Source: Acidilobaceae archaeon
Lineage (GTDB): Archaea > Thermoproteota > Thermoprotei_A > Sulfolobales > Acidilobaceae
Assembly: GCA_038824665.1 (NCBI GenBank)
Contig: JAWBBK010000005.1
Coordinates: forward strand, 44,642 to 108,641
Length of the DNA: 64,000 nucleotides
Direction: 5' to 3'
The position numbers and the translations under genes are program-made. Below the pieces are notes generated by a model. It was not told the origin of the DNA. It was given only the letters and a program-made list of their open reading frames with translations, and searched no databases. This document shows, one piece after another, positions 9,853-20,299 of this stretch; position 1 is the first letter of the stretch; each line of letters opens with the position of its first letter.

Positions 9853-11377
9853 CTACGACCTCTCCGTCAACACATAACTTCGTTTTATCTCGTTCAAACA
9901 TCTCATAAACAACAGCGTCTTCAACAGCTTTGAGCAAAGCTTCAAACAAGTCTCGAGAGACTCTCTGAAATGTGCCGTTGTTTGTAACGACCGTTACTCT
10001 ATAAGAGTCTTTTATTTTTCTCACTGAGACCTCTTTAATCTTTACAGAGGAATTGAAGTCTTCCAATCTTGAGCTGATGGCATCTACGATAGTTTCAAAG
10101 AAGTCTAGCTCTCCTTGCTTGCTTACGGCTTTGATCGCGTTTTGTACTATAGCTAAGCGTTCATTAAACGTAAGGAGCTGAGGTCTTCTACAGTACTCCT
10201 CTAAAACCAACAGAGAGACCATAGTCTGAGCTTCGCTGAAGCTGTAGCCTTCTGTTTCCATCTTCTTAATCTTTAGCAAAACGTTTTTGACTCTGCTATC
10301 AGCTTTGCTTAACTCTTTCCCTAAAAGCTGAGACGCCATAAAGGCTATCGCTGAAGAGCCTGAAAGGTGAGTTATCTCGAAAGACCTAGTAGAGCCTACG
10401 AGTTCAGGATCTACGTGTTCGTAAGCTCTCGGACTCTTCAACACAGCATCTATATGTGTGCCTGCTTTGTGTCTAAAAGCGTGCTCTCCTACATAGGGTT
10501 GTCTAGGGTCTGGCTTTAGTCCTGAAATTTCATACACAAATCTAGAGACTTCCTTAAGTCTTCTTAAACCGTTTTCGTTCTTCAAAACCTTGAACCCTAG
10601 CTTAAAAGCTATCCCAGGTATGACTTGAACCAAGTCAGCGTTTCCTGTCCTCTCGCCGAGACCGTTGATAGTGCCCTGAACGTGTCTCGCTCCTGCTCTT
10701 ACAGCTTCAAGTGTGTTTGCAACAGCACAACCGCAGTCGTCGTGCATATGAGCTCCTACTTTAACCTTAGACCCGAACTCTTTCACCACTCTTTTAGTTA
10801 TCTTGTACACACCTTCAGGCAACATGCCGCCGTTTGTATCGCAAAGCACCAAAGTGTCGGCTCCTGCTTCCATAGCCGCTTTTAAGACTTCCAAAGCATA
10901 ACCTCGATTCTCTAGATAGCCCTGGTAGAAGTGTTCAGCATCGAAGATAACTCTAAGCCCATGTGAACGTAGATAAGAAACCGAGTCGTAAATCATGTTG
11001 ATGTTTTCTTCAAGACTTGTCTTAAGAACGTTCACTACATGAAGGTCCCAAGCTTTTCCATAGACTACCGCAACCTCTACTCCAGAATCTAAGACCGCGT
11101 TGAGTCCCTCATCGGTTTCTGCTTTAGTTTTAGGTCTTCTAGTTGCAGTAAAAGCCGCTAGCTTAGACCTAGTTAAACTGTAACTCCTCATCACCTTAAA
11201 GAACTCCATGTCTTTTGGACTAGCTCCAGGATATCCTCCTTCAATTAAGTCTACCCCGAACTCTTCTAAGAGTAAAGCGATCTTGACCTTGTCCTCGACT
11301 GTAAAGGATATGCCAGGAGTTTGTTCTCCGTCTCTTAAAGTAGTGTCCAGGACTTCAACGGATTTCTAGACCACCAC
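9836..11377 (-). CDS. cimA: Citramalate synthase (CimA/LeuA family); in-frame TAG at 11366-11368 just after the apparent start, possibly a pseudogene
   Basis: The frame continues upstream of the tracked ORF as [25 protein letters not shown]; also DAEHF, CDTNGG, HxHDD and GERTGNA motifs. Confidence 0.8.
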
Positions 11378-11453
11378 GCACCTCTGGCCCCCTCTGAACT
11401 CACTTGTTCCGAGAGCTAGCCTTCTTAGAACTTCAGAGCTTAAATGCGTTACG

Positions 11454-12173
11454 CTAGGGCTTCGTTAGAGTCTCAGAAAGCCTCGTCCAACCACAACTTT
11501 CGAGAAGCGTTATCGTAATGTCTACAGCGTTAACCAACAGCTCTGTTGAAACTCCGGGAACTCCTGCTCCTATGATCAATACTCTCACAGTAGATTCATC
11601 AACAGCAGTCTTAACGCTGTCACGATGGGGATAAAGATGCATAACTGTGTTCGAGCTGTCTACAAGAATAGGAACACCTGGCGGCAAGAGTTCTGAAAAG
11701 CCTCCTATAGACTCAAACACTTCGCCACCACGACTCAATTTGAAAGTTAAAGGTAACGTTGCTTTATCTAAATCGTAAATTCCTATTGGAACCAAGGTCT
11801 TAGCTGATGCAACATTTCCCGCATCGACTACGGTGTTTACTCTAGGAAACCTTTTGTTTTTCAAAACCCTTCTCACAAGAGCTTCGCTAGAAGGTCTCAC
11901 TTTAGTCGGGTCTATTCCAAGTCTCCAATAAAAGCTTCTGTAAGCCTTAATAACTGTATTGTCTTTAAGGCTTTCAAGATCGTATGTGTTCATTATTTGT
12001 TCAACAAGCTTTTCTATCTCTTCATCGAGACACCTGCTGGAGCCGCTTTTTGAACTCTTCATGGCGATCGCGTAAGCTATCCGAACGCCTATCTCAACTA
12101 CTCCTTCATCTAGCTTAATTAAAGACCTAGCGTCGATCTTTTCGCCATATGGGAAAGAGCTACTGTCTGTCAA
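11454..12173 (-). CDS. Stand-alone B3/B4 (PheRS-beta editing-like) domain protein
   Basis: AYRSFYWRLGIDPTKVRPSSEALVRRV, PRVNTVVDAGN, PIGIYDLD and HRDS..T motifs. Confidence 0.88.
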   Translation of the reverse strand: MTDSSSFPYGEKIDARSLIKLDEGVVEIGVRIAYAIAMKSSKSGSSRCLDEEIEKLVEQIMNTYDLESLKDNTVIKAYRSFYWRLGIDPTKVRPSSEALVRRVLKNKRFPRVNTVVDAGNVASAKTLVPIGIYDLDKATLPLTFKLSRGGEVFESIGGFSELLPPGVPILVDSSNTVMHLYPHRDSVKTAVDESTVRVLIIGAGVPGVSTELLVNAVDITITLLESCGWTRLSETLTKP

Positions 12174-12279
12174 GGTTGATCAGCGCTTCTTCGCTGTTGC
12201 TCGAGTTCTTTATCTTCTCTTTATCTTCTATGATATGTGTTTATTGTAGACTTAGGCTTTTAAAAATGTTAAGAGGTCT

Positions 12280-13266
<987 letters not shown>

Positions 13267-13302
13267 TTACACCATAAACCCTCTAACCGATAGCTCGAAG
13301 CC

Positions 13303-13593
13303 TTATAACTTTGATAAAATGTTTTCCGTTTTACACTCTACTACGGTCTCGCCTAGCACTTCAAAGCTTTCTATTCCTACTAGCTTGCTGAGATTGAGAA
13401 GAGATATGTTCAGATTAGGATTGTCTCTAAGACCTAAATAGACCTCGTAGAGTCCGCTTACTTCATCAAGTCTTCTTCCGTAGATCCACTCTATGTCTAC
13501 TAAAAGCTTTCGGAAATTGGCTATGATTACTTCTAAAAAGCTCGCATCTCTATAATATCCGAGAACCTTCACTATCCTGATCACGTTGCTCAT
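13303..13593 (-). CDS. ACT-domain protein, probable acetolactate synthase small subunit
   Basis: Lies between ilvB and ilvC; ACT-like RD..FLE.I...FRKL.VDI pattern. Confidence 0.65.
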   Translation of the reverse strand: MSNVIRIVKVLGYYRDASFLEVIIANFRKLLVDIEWIYGRRLDEVSGLYEVYLGLRDNPNLNISLLNLSKLVGIESFEVLGETVVECKTENILSKL

Positions 13594-13598
13594 TTAGC

Positions 13599-15311
13599 TC
13601 ACCTAGGCGCAGAAACTATCATTCGCTTAAGACTTCCTCCTGGAGGTAACGTCGGTAAAGCCAGCTCTTCCGTCGGTATCGGAACTCTGATCACAGACGT
13701 GTTACCCGTTCTCAAAGACTTGGCTAGAGCTGTCTCTAGCTCCTCATAGCTTCTAGCGTCATAACCGTCAGCTCCGAAAGCTTCAGCAAGCTTCACGAAA
13801 TCTGTGAGATAGCCTAAGTCGACAGCGATAAACCTCTTCCCTAAGAAGAGATCTTGGACTTGACGGACTAGACCGAGGCTTCTGTTATCGAAAACCACCA
13901 CTATAACTGGTAGGTTCTCTTCTACAGCTACAGCTAGATTTGTAGCTGTCATTAAAAGAGAGCCGTCGCCGTCTAGGTCTACTACTACTCTTTCAGGCTT
14001 AGCCGCTTTGGCACCTATCGCAGCTGGTAGTCCGAATCCCATAGTTCCCATGCCTCCTGAAGTCACAAAAGTCCCAGGCTCAAGGACGTCCCAGAACACC
14101 TCAGCCCACATCTGATGTTGACCTACTCCAGTCGTAATTATAGAACTCGGAGGTATGCTTTTTCTTATCGTTTTCATGACCTTCCAAGGCTTAAGTCCGC
14201 GACCTTCTTCTCGATAGTATATCTTTGAGTACTCTTCCCTTAACTCGAACACTCTTTTAATCCATGTCTCATGTTTAGGTTTGTAGTCTGAAGATATTTG
14301 AGCTGAAATCGCTTCGAGAAGCGATGAGAGAGCTCTCTTAGCATCAGCCGTTATCGCAACTTCTGGAGGTAATGGAAGCTTCTTGTGTTCTGTTGGGTCT
14401 CTGTTTATAAAGATTATCTTCTTGTCCTTCAGGTCTGACGCGTTAGGTAGGGTTCTATCGCTTATTCTAGCTCCTACCGCTATGACGACATCAGACTCAA
14501 TAAAAGCCTCATTGGCCTCAGCTCTTCCGTAATACCCCATTACTCCTAGGTATAACGGATGGTTGTGAGGTATAGCTGACTTGCCTAGTAGCGTAGACAC
14601 CATAGGTATCCACAGCTTCTCAGAAAGCGTAAGGAGTTCGTCAGTAGCCCGAGACCAGACAACACCGGCTCCAGCTAAGATCAAAGGCTTCTCTGCTTCA
14701 AACAGTAATCTGGTTGCTTTCTTTATCTCAAGCGGATCTATGACATCGATAAAGTCTCTGTAGCCAGGAACTATAGGTTCTTCTGGATACTTTACTTCGT
14801 CTACATCTTCTGTGAGGACGTCTCGCGGGACATCGATTACTACTGGCCCTTGTCTTCCGGTTGTCGCAATATAGAAAGAGTTTTTAATCCATAGAGGGAT
14901 CTCCTCAGCTTTTCTTAATTGAACCACGAACTTGGCTGCGTCTTTGAATATGCCAATGACGTCGGCTTCTTGAAAAGCCATCTTGCCTATAGAAGACTTA
15001 GGAACTTGTCCAGTTATCGCTATTAGGGGAGAGCTATCCCAATAAGCCGTAACTACGCCAGTCACTAGGTTCACAGCTCCAGGACCTGAGGTAGCTGTAC
15101 AAACTCCAGGAAATCCAGAAACTCTTGAGTAAGCATCAGCAGCGTGAGCTGCTGCTTGTTCATGTCTTACTAGAATGCTTCTTATCTTTCCATTCTCTAC
15201 ATAGTCCAGCAAGGCATCATAAAACGCTAAATTCGATAAGCCGGGAACTCCAAAAATCACTTTGACTCCTTCTCTAACGAGAGCCTCCGCTAAGAGTTTA
15301 GCTCCTTTCAT
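13599..15311 (-). CDS. ilvB: Acetolactate synthase large subunit
   Basis: RHEQAA, TSGPG, FQEAD, GVGQHQMW and GDGS TPP-binding motif. Confidence 0.95.
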   Translation of the reverse strand: MKGAKLLAEALVREGVKVIFGVPGLSNLAFYDALLDYVENGKIRSILVRHEQAAAHAADAYSRVSGFPGVCTATSGPGAVNLVTGVVTAYWDSSPLIAITGQVPKSSIGKMAFQEADVIGIFKDAAKFVVQLRKAEEIPLWIKNSFYIATTGRQGPVVIDVPRDVLTEDVDEVKYPEEPIVPGYRDFIDVIDPLEIKKATRLLFEAEKPLILAGAGVVWSRATDELLTLSEKLWIPMVSTLLGKSAIPHNHPLYLGVMGYYGRAEANEAFIESDVVIAVGARISDRTLPNASDLKDKKIIFINRDPTEHKKLPLPPEVAITADAKRALSSLLEAISAQISSDYKPKHETWIKRVFELREEYSKIYYREEGRGLKPWKVMKTIRKSIPPSSIITTGVGQHQMWAEVFWDVLEPGTFVTSGGMGTMGFGLPAAIGAKAAKPERVVVDLDGDGSLLMTATNLAVAVEENLPVIVVVFDNRSLGLVRQVQDLFLGKRFIAVDLGYLTDFVKLAEAFGADGYDARSYEELETALAKSLRTGNTSVIRVPIPTEELALPTLPPGGSLKRMIVSAPR

Positions 15312-15533
15312 AAGCTTATCACCTTAGAGAACCTGAGACCTTCTTTTGACTTGGTCTTAACTTTTGCTCTGAACCTGAGTTGTCTAAATGATAAGAAACT
15401 CATATTGAGGTGCTTATATTCAAAACCAAATATTGACACCGTAGTTCCAGGAGTTTAGTGAGAGACGCTTATAAGCGTTACTGAATATAGACTCACAGAG
15501 AAATTTTTTTAACCAGCAAACTGTGGGTTCGTA

Positions 15534-16751
15534 GTGGTGCTCCTGATTGTTGAAGCTAGGAGATTAGAGTTTTCCCAAGATTACGTCAGGATTTTAGACA
15601 CAACTCTAAGAGACGGAGAGCAGATGCCAGGAATATCCTTAACTCCACAACAGAAGCTCGAGATAGCGTTAGCTTTAGAGGACGCAGGCGTAGACGCTAT
15701 AGAGGCTGGCTACCCGGCTGTTAGCGAAGGCGAATTCAAAGCTGTCAGAGAGATCGCTCGAAACGTCTATAAGTCTGAGGTGATCGCTCTAGCCAGAGCC
15801 ACAAAGAGTGACATAGATAAAGCTATAGAAGCAGAAGTTCCATCTGTACATCTCTTCATAGCCACCTCAGAAATCCACATGAAGTACAAGCTAAAGATGA
15901 GTCCCGAAGAGGTCTTGGAGAAAGCTGTTTGGGCTGTAGACTACGCTAAGTCTCACGGCCTAACTGTAGAGTTCAGTGCTGAAGACTCTACCCGCTCGGA
16001 CCCACGCTTTTTAGCGAAGGTGTTTCAAGCGGTAGTGGATACAGGAGCTTCGAGAATAGATATAGCTGACACTGTAGGAGTAGCTACCCCCAGTAGCATG
16101 AAAAAACTGGTCGAGTATGTTTCAACAGAAGTCAAAGGAAGCTATATCATTAGCGTACACTGTCACGACGATTTTGGAATGTCTGTAGCAAACAGTATAT
16201 CGGCTGTAGAGGCTGGTGCTCGACAGGTTCACGTAACCGTATTAGGAGTAGGAGAGAGAGCAGGTAACGCTGCTCTTGAAGAAGTGGTAACGTCTCTAGA
16301 GTTTCTCTTAGGGTTTAAAACCAAAGTAAGGCTTAACGCTATACCTAAACTAGCGGAGCTAGTTTCTAAACACTACAAGCTAGTCATACCCCCAAACAAA
16401 GCTATAGTAGGAGCTAACGCGTTCGCTCACGAATCAGGCATCCATGTGCATGGAGTCTTAGTCAACCCTCTGACCTACGAGCCTCTTGATCCGTCGTTGC
16501 TTGGACTACAAAGGAAGATCGTAGTCGGCAAACACTCCGGTAGACACGCTATAGAACATGTTCTCAAAAACTTAGGTATAGAGCCCAAGAAAGAAGTTGT
16601 TGATGCTGTTCTGCTAGAAGTAAAGAGATTCGGAGATATAGGTATAAGAGTCACCGATGATGTCCTAATAGAAATAGTCAGAAAAGTAGTCAACGGACAA
16701 GGTGAAGTCTTTGAGGATAGCGGTGATCGAAGGAGATGGAATAGGACCTGA
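15534..16751 (+). CDS. leuA: 2-isopropylmalate synthase (short form, no regulatory domain)
   Basis: [23 protein letters not shown] and HESGIH motifs. Confidence 0.88.
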   Translation: MVLLIVEARRLEFSQDYVRILDTTLRDGEQMPGISLTPQQKLEIALALEDAGVDAIEAGYPAVSEGEFKAVREIARNVYKSEVIALARATKSDIDKAIEAEVPSVHLFIATSEIHMKYKLKMSPEEVLEKAVWAVDYAKSHGLTVEFSAEDSTRSDPRFLAKVFQAVVDTGASRIDIADTVGVATPSSMKKLVEYVSTEVKGSYIISVHCHDDFGMSVANSISAVEAGARQVHVTVLGVGERAGNAALEEVVTSLEFLLGFKTKVRLNAIPKLAELVSKHYKLVIPPNKAIVGANAFAHESGIHVHGVLVNPLTYEPLDPSLLGLQRKIVVGKHSGRHAIEHVLKNLGIEPKKEVVDAVLLEVKRFGDIGIRVTDDVLIEIVRKVVNGQGEVFEDSGDRRRWNRT

Positions 16752-17769
16752 GGTCGTGAGAGCATCTATTCGTGTTTTAGCTGAAGCTGTAAGCCTTTGG
16801 GGTCTCCAAATCGAAGTAGTAACTGTAGAGGCTGGCGACTCTGCTCTAGCTAAATACGGAGACCCATTACCTCCTCAGTCAATGAAGGTTTTAGAAAAAG
16901 CCGACGTTATATTGAAAGGTCCTGTAGGCGAAAGCGCAGGTGACGTAGTAGTAAAGATAAGAAGAGGACTTGACCTCTACGCCAACATCAGACCGGCTAG
17001 ATGTATCGTGAAGAACCTTTGTCTTAAAGATATAGACGTCTTAATAGTGAGAGAGAATACCGAAGACGTATACGTTAGAGCCGAATACATGTTGCCAGAC
17101 AACGTCGCTGTCGCTCTCAAAGTGATTAGTCGACACGCTAGTGAGAGAATAGCTAGAACAGCTCTAGAGCTAGCTAGAACGAGGAGAAAACGCGTCACTA
17201 TAGTTCACAAAGCCAACGTCCTTCCCATTACTGATGGTCTGTTTAGAAACGTAGCGAAAGAAGTGGCTAGAGCGTATCCCGAGGTCTCAGTAGACGAAGC
17301 CTACATAGACGCTGCTGTAATGGATTTAGTTAGAAGACCTGAGAGATTTGATGTAATACTCACTACCAACCTTTACGGAGATATTCTCAGCGACCTAGCC
17401 GCTTACGTCAGCGGTAGCATCGGAATCACTCCTTCAGCTAACTTGGGAGACTCGAGAGCGATGTTTGAACCAGTACATGGAGCAGCTTTTGACATAGCCG
17501 GGAAAAACATAGCTAACCCTGCAGCTATGATCTTCTGTGTAGCTTGGAGTCTGAAATGGTTAGGAGAAAAGAGAAATGACGAAAAGCTAAGAGAAGCTGG
17601 ACTCGCAATAGAACGTGCTGTCGAATCAGTGTTAATCGAAGGTAAAACCTTAACCCAAGACCTTGGAGGCTCTTCGTCTACTCAAGACTTCGCTGAAGCT
17701 GTAGCTCGTAAAATAGTGGTGCGGGGGGTGGGATTTGAACCCACGCCGGCCTACGCCAACGGGTCTTGA
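16702..17769 (+). CDS. leuB: 3-isopropylmalate dehydrogenase
   Basis: GDGIGPEV, RENTED, NLYGDILSD and EPVHG motifs; 3' end runs antisense into tRNA-Leu. Confidence 0.9.
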   Translation: MKSLRIAVIEGDGIGPEVVRASIRVLAEAVSLWGLQIEVVTVEAGDSALAKYGDPLPPQSMKVLEKADVILKGPVGESAGDVVVKIRRGLDLYANIRPARCIVKNLCLKDIDVLIVRENTEDVYVRAEYMLPDNVAVALKVISRHASERIARTALELARTRRKRVTIVHKANVLPITDGLFRNVAKEVARAYPEVSVDEAYIDAAVMDLVRRPERFDVILTTNLYGDILSDLAAYVSGSIGITPSANLGDSRAMFEPVHGAAFDIAGKNIANPAAMIFCVAWSLKWLGEKRNDEKLREAGLAIERAVESVLIEGKTLTQDLGGSSSTQDFAEAVARKIVVRGVGFEPTPAYANGS

Positions 17770-17804
17770 GCCCGCCCCCTTCGACCTGGCTCGGGCACCC
17801 CCGC
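17717..17804 (-). tRNA. tRNA-Leu(CAA), CCA encoded
   Basis: GCGGGGG acceptor stem, anticodon loop CT-CAA-GA, long variable arm, T-loop TTCAAAT, ACCA end. Confidence 0.95.
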
Positions 17805-17861
17805 TTCAATTATAATCTCTAAGCTGAGCGTGCTTTAGTATTTTTAGATAAACGAAACCGT

Positions 17862-17922
17862 GCGGGTCGTTGTGGGCTTTTCGTCACTAAGCCCACGCAG
17901 TCAACGCCTAACTCATCCCCGC
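17862..17922 (-). ncRNA. Candidate structured sRNA (K-turn or C/D-like)
   Basis: GC-rich intergenic block with terminal stem GCGGG/CCCGC closing GAUGA..ACGA, and an internal hairpin GTGGGCTT/AAGCCCAC. Confidence 0.35.
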
Positions 17923-17999
17923 CAGCGCTATCATGTTTTAGCGAACGGCTAAAACTTTGTATAATTCTATATTGTCTATTATTCGAGGGTGCTACTGAA

Positions 18000-18287
18000 T
18001 TGACAATTAAAGACGAGAGTTCTGCAATAGAGGTCTCTAGACTTTTAGACAAAGTCAGAGAGCTGAATAAAGAAGAACGTGAAACGCTTAATTACTTTTT
18101 GGAGAACATATCTGTCGGTTCTATAAGAGCTGTCAAAGAGCTAAAGCTTTCAGGAAAAGTCAGAGACCCGATTAGCGCTATAAGAAAACTTGTAGCGATG
18201 GGATTCTTGGAAGACGCAGGCGAGTGCTATAACCTAGCTAAGCCTTTAAGAGAATACGTGCTTGTGAGAGGAAAGCTCAGAGTGTGA
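18000..18287 (+). CDS. Winged-helix-like hypothetical protein
   Basis: Helical pattern followed by LVAMGFLE..GECYNL wing-like segment. Confidence 0.6.
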   Translation: MTIKDESSAIEVSRLLDKVRELNKEERETLNYFLENISVGSIRAVKELKLSGKVRDPISAIRKLVAMGFLEDAGECYNLAKPLREYVLVRGKLRV

Positions 18288-18310
18288 AGATTCGAGGTTA
18301 TACCTCTTCA

Positions 18311-18766
18311 TCAAACGTGGTCTAATGTTCTGTAGAGTCGAGAAGACAACTTGTACCTCTTTAAGACTTTGTTAAGTTTAAGATATTCTATCACTCTCTC
18401 AACTACCCAGTGGTATCGGTAATCGCCTAAAGAAGGTCTGACTTTGAGCTTCCTGATCACGGCTTTATACAATAAGGTTCCTCTTTCATCATAAACGTTT
18501 ATATAGCCTTTAACTCTGCCATATAAGTTCCTGACTAATCTAAGCTGAACTGCATAACTTTCTGGAGAAACCTCTACGCTGATCACACAAGCTCTACCTT
18601 TTGAATAAACAGGTTTTACGAGTTCTGTCTCGATACAGAAAGATTCATCAAATGCCTTTACAGAGTCTTTAGATACCACGAATGCCATTTTCTTTTCTAT
18701 GTGCTTTCCTGTTCGGCTCCTAGAACTCTCGACGATAAGCTTAACTGACATCTCTCGCTCTCTCAA
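18311..18766 (-). CDS. Hypothetical basic protein
   Basis: 151-aa ORF co-oriented with and 5 bp from the neighbouring gene. Confidence 0.65.
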   Translation of the reverse strand: MREREMSVKLIVESSRSRTGKHIEKKMAFVVSKDSVKAFDESFCIETELVKPVYSKGRACVISVEVSPESYAVQLRLVRNLYGRVKGYINVYDERGTLLYKAVIRKLKVRPSLGDYRYHWVVERVIEYLKLNKVLKRYKLSSRLYRTLDHV

Positions 18767-18771
18767 AAACT

Positions 18772-19377
18772 TTATATGCTCTCATACTTCTTGAGAACGG
18801 CTAACAGGCCCTCTATACTATTAGTCTTACCGGACCTCCATATCTCGTACTTGATCACTCCCTCAGAGAGTTCTACTCTAACTTTAACAAGAGGTCTCTC
18901 AATTAAGACATATCTGGTTCCGTGTTCGTCCGTTAATATCTCTGCTTGTATACCTTCTAGCTTAAGCTTTCTCACCAACATGTCTAAAGTTATCTGATGT
19001 TCTTGTGTTTGAAAAGATTGTTTCTCGAGTTTTGTGATGTTCTTTAAAGCCTCTTCAGCTTTAATAGCTACTTCTGGACATGATTTCTCATAATCTTCTT
19101 TTAGCCTCTTTAAAGCCTCCTTCAGAACCCAAAGAGCATCTGTACTATTAGCGTAGCTCACTATATTTCTCCACTCCTCGCTCTCAAAGAATTTGATAAG
19201 CCCTCTAGGGTCTCCTCCATAGATAGAAAATTTGAATCTATCCTCAGCTCTAGCCATTCTTTTCTTCAACTCTTCAATAACAACAAGAGGAAGAGACCTA
19301 CCTGACGACTCTTCTAGAAGTACCGTATTAAATATGTTTCTGAGGAAGTCTAACCGAGGTCTGCACTCACTCAACAC
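18772..19377 (-). CDS. Hypothetical protein
   Basis: 201-aa ORF with typical codon usage. Confidence 0.65.
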   Translation of the reverse strand: MLSECRPRLDFLRNIFNTVLLEESSGRSLPLVVIEELKKRMARAEDRFKFSIYGGDPRGLIKFFESEEWRNIVSYANSTDALWVLKEALKRLKEDYEKSCPEVAIKAEEALKNITKLEKQSFQTQEHQITLDMLVRKLKLEGIQAEILTDEHGTRYVLIERPLVKVRVELSEGVIKYEIWRSGKTNSIEGLLAVLKKYESI

Positions 19378-19488
19378 AATGACCCTATCACCACAGCCTC
19401 TTTCTAGACTTTAATATTATTCTTGGCTTGTTGCTCTTCAGCTCTGAACACCTGACTGTTTAAATTTGGCTCTTTCTGAGAGTTCAGC

Positions 19489-20217
19489 TCAAGCCGTACA
19501 ACATCCGTGGTCTGACATCCATCTGGTATAGAGAGCCTCAGGATGAACTTTAGATAAAACCTCGAGTAGGTCACCACATGCGACTACAACTCTATTAAGT
19601 AAAACTACGAGCTTCGTGTGTCTCGCTAAGGGGTTTGGGTCATGACTTGTCACCAGCAGGAGTCTGTTCTTCGATTCTTCTCCTAAGAGTTCAGCGATCT
19701 GTATCTTTCCCTGAGGATCTATAGAAGCCAAAGGCTCATCTAAGAGGACTATAGGAGCTTCTGAAGCTAGAACAGCCGCTAGCAGAACTCTTTGAAACCT
19801 GCCTCCGCTAAGGTCTGAGAGGCGCATATTCCAAACGGTTCTCGGTAGTCCCACCTTCTCTAAGTACTCTCTCACATTCTCGCTTTTAGAACCTCTAGTT
19901 AGAGCTTCAACGAACTCAGTTACAGTAAGAGGTGTTAAGTTAGGAGGTCTGTTGGTTTGTGGCATATAGGTAATTAGAAAAGAACTTTTCATCTCTCCTT
20001 TCGTTACATCAAGTCCACATACAAGCACTCTGCCGCTAACGGGTTTTATAATACCCGCTAGTGTTTTAAGCAATGTAGTCTTACCCGCTCCATTAGGTCC
20101 GAGAATCTGTATGAGCCCAGGTCCTTTCATTTGAAGAGTGACTTCTCTCAAAGCCTCTAAGCTGTCGTATCTTACCGTTAGCCTCTCTACCTTTATCTCT
20201 AGCTCTTTACATATCAT
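19489..20217 (-). CDS. Mn/Zn/Fe-type metal ABC transporter ATPase (ZnuC-like)
   Basis: GPNGAGKT, LSGGRFQRV, LLDEP and SHD motifs; C-terminal HGCC. Confidence 0.85.
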   Translation of the reverse strand: MICKELEIKVERLTVRYDSLEALREVTLQMKGPGLIQILGPNGAGKTTLLKTLAGIIKPVSGRVLVCGLDVTKGEMKSSFLITYMPQTNRPPNLTPLTVTEFVEALTRGSKSENVREYLEKVGLPRTVWNMRLSDLSGGRFQRVLLAAVLASEAPIVLLDEPLASIDPQGKIQIAELLGEESKNRLLLVTSHDPNPLARHTKLVVLLNRVVVACGDLLEVLSKVHPEALYTRWMSDHGCCTA

Positions 20218-20299
20218 ATGTACATCATCTCTTTCTAAGCGTCCACTGTATCGCTTTATCTCGTCTTAGCTATTTCTTCTTTTTATATCCATAGTTAGC

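Noticed and set aside
8209-9877. Plus-strand ORFs within ilvD, and similar antisense ORFs across the window
   Set aside because: Shadows of well-supported genes on the opposite strand with no motifs of their own
11366-11368. Pyrrolysine or genome-wide amber recoding
   Set aside because: TAG is the normal stop of many genes here (rpl10, speH, nfeD) and no pyl genes are present
15312-15533. Attenuator or leader peptide between ilvB and leuA
   Set aside because: No convincing BCAA-rich short ORF or terminator/antiterminator pair; only a 9-bp GAACCTGAG repeat
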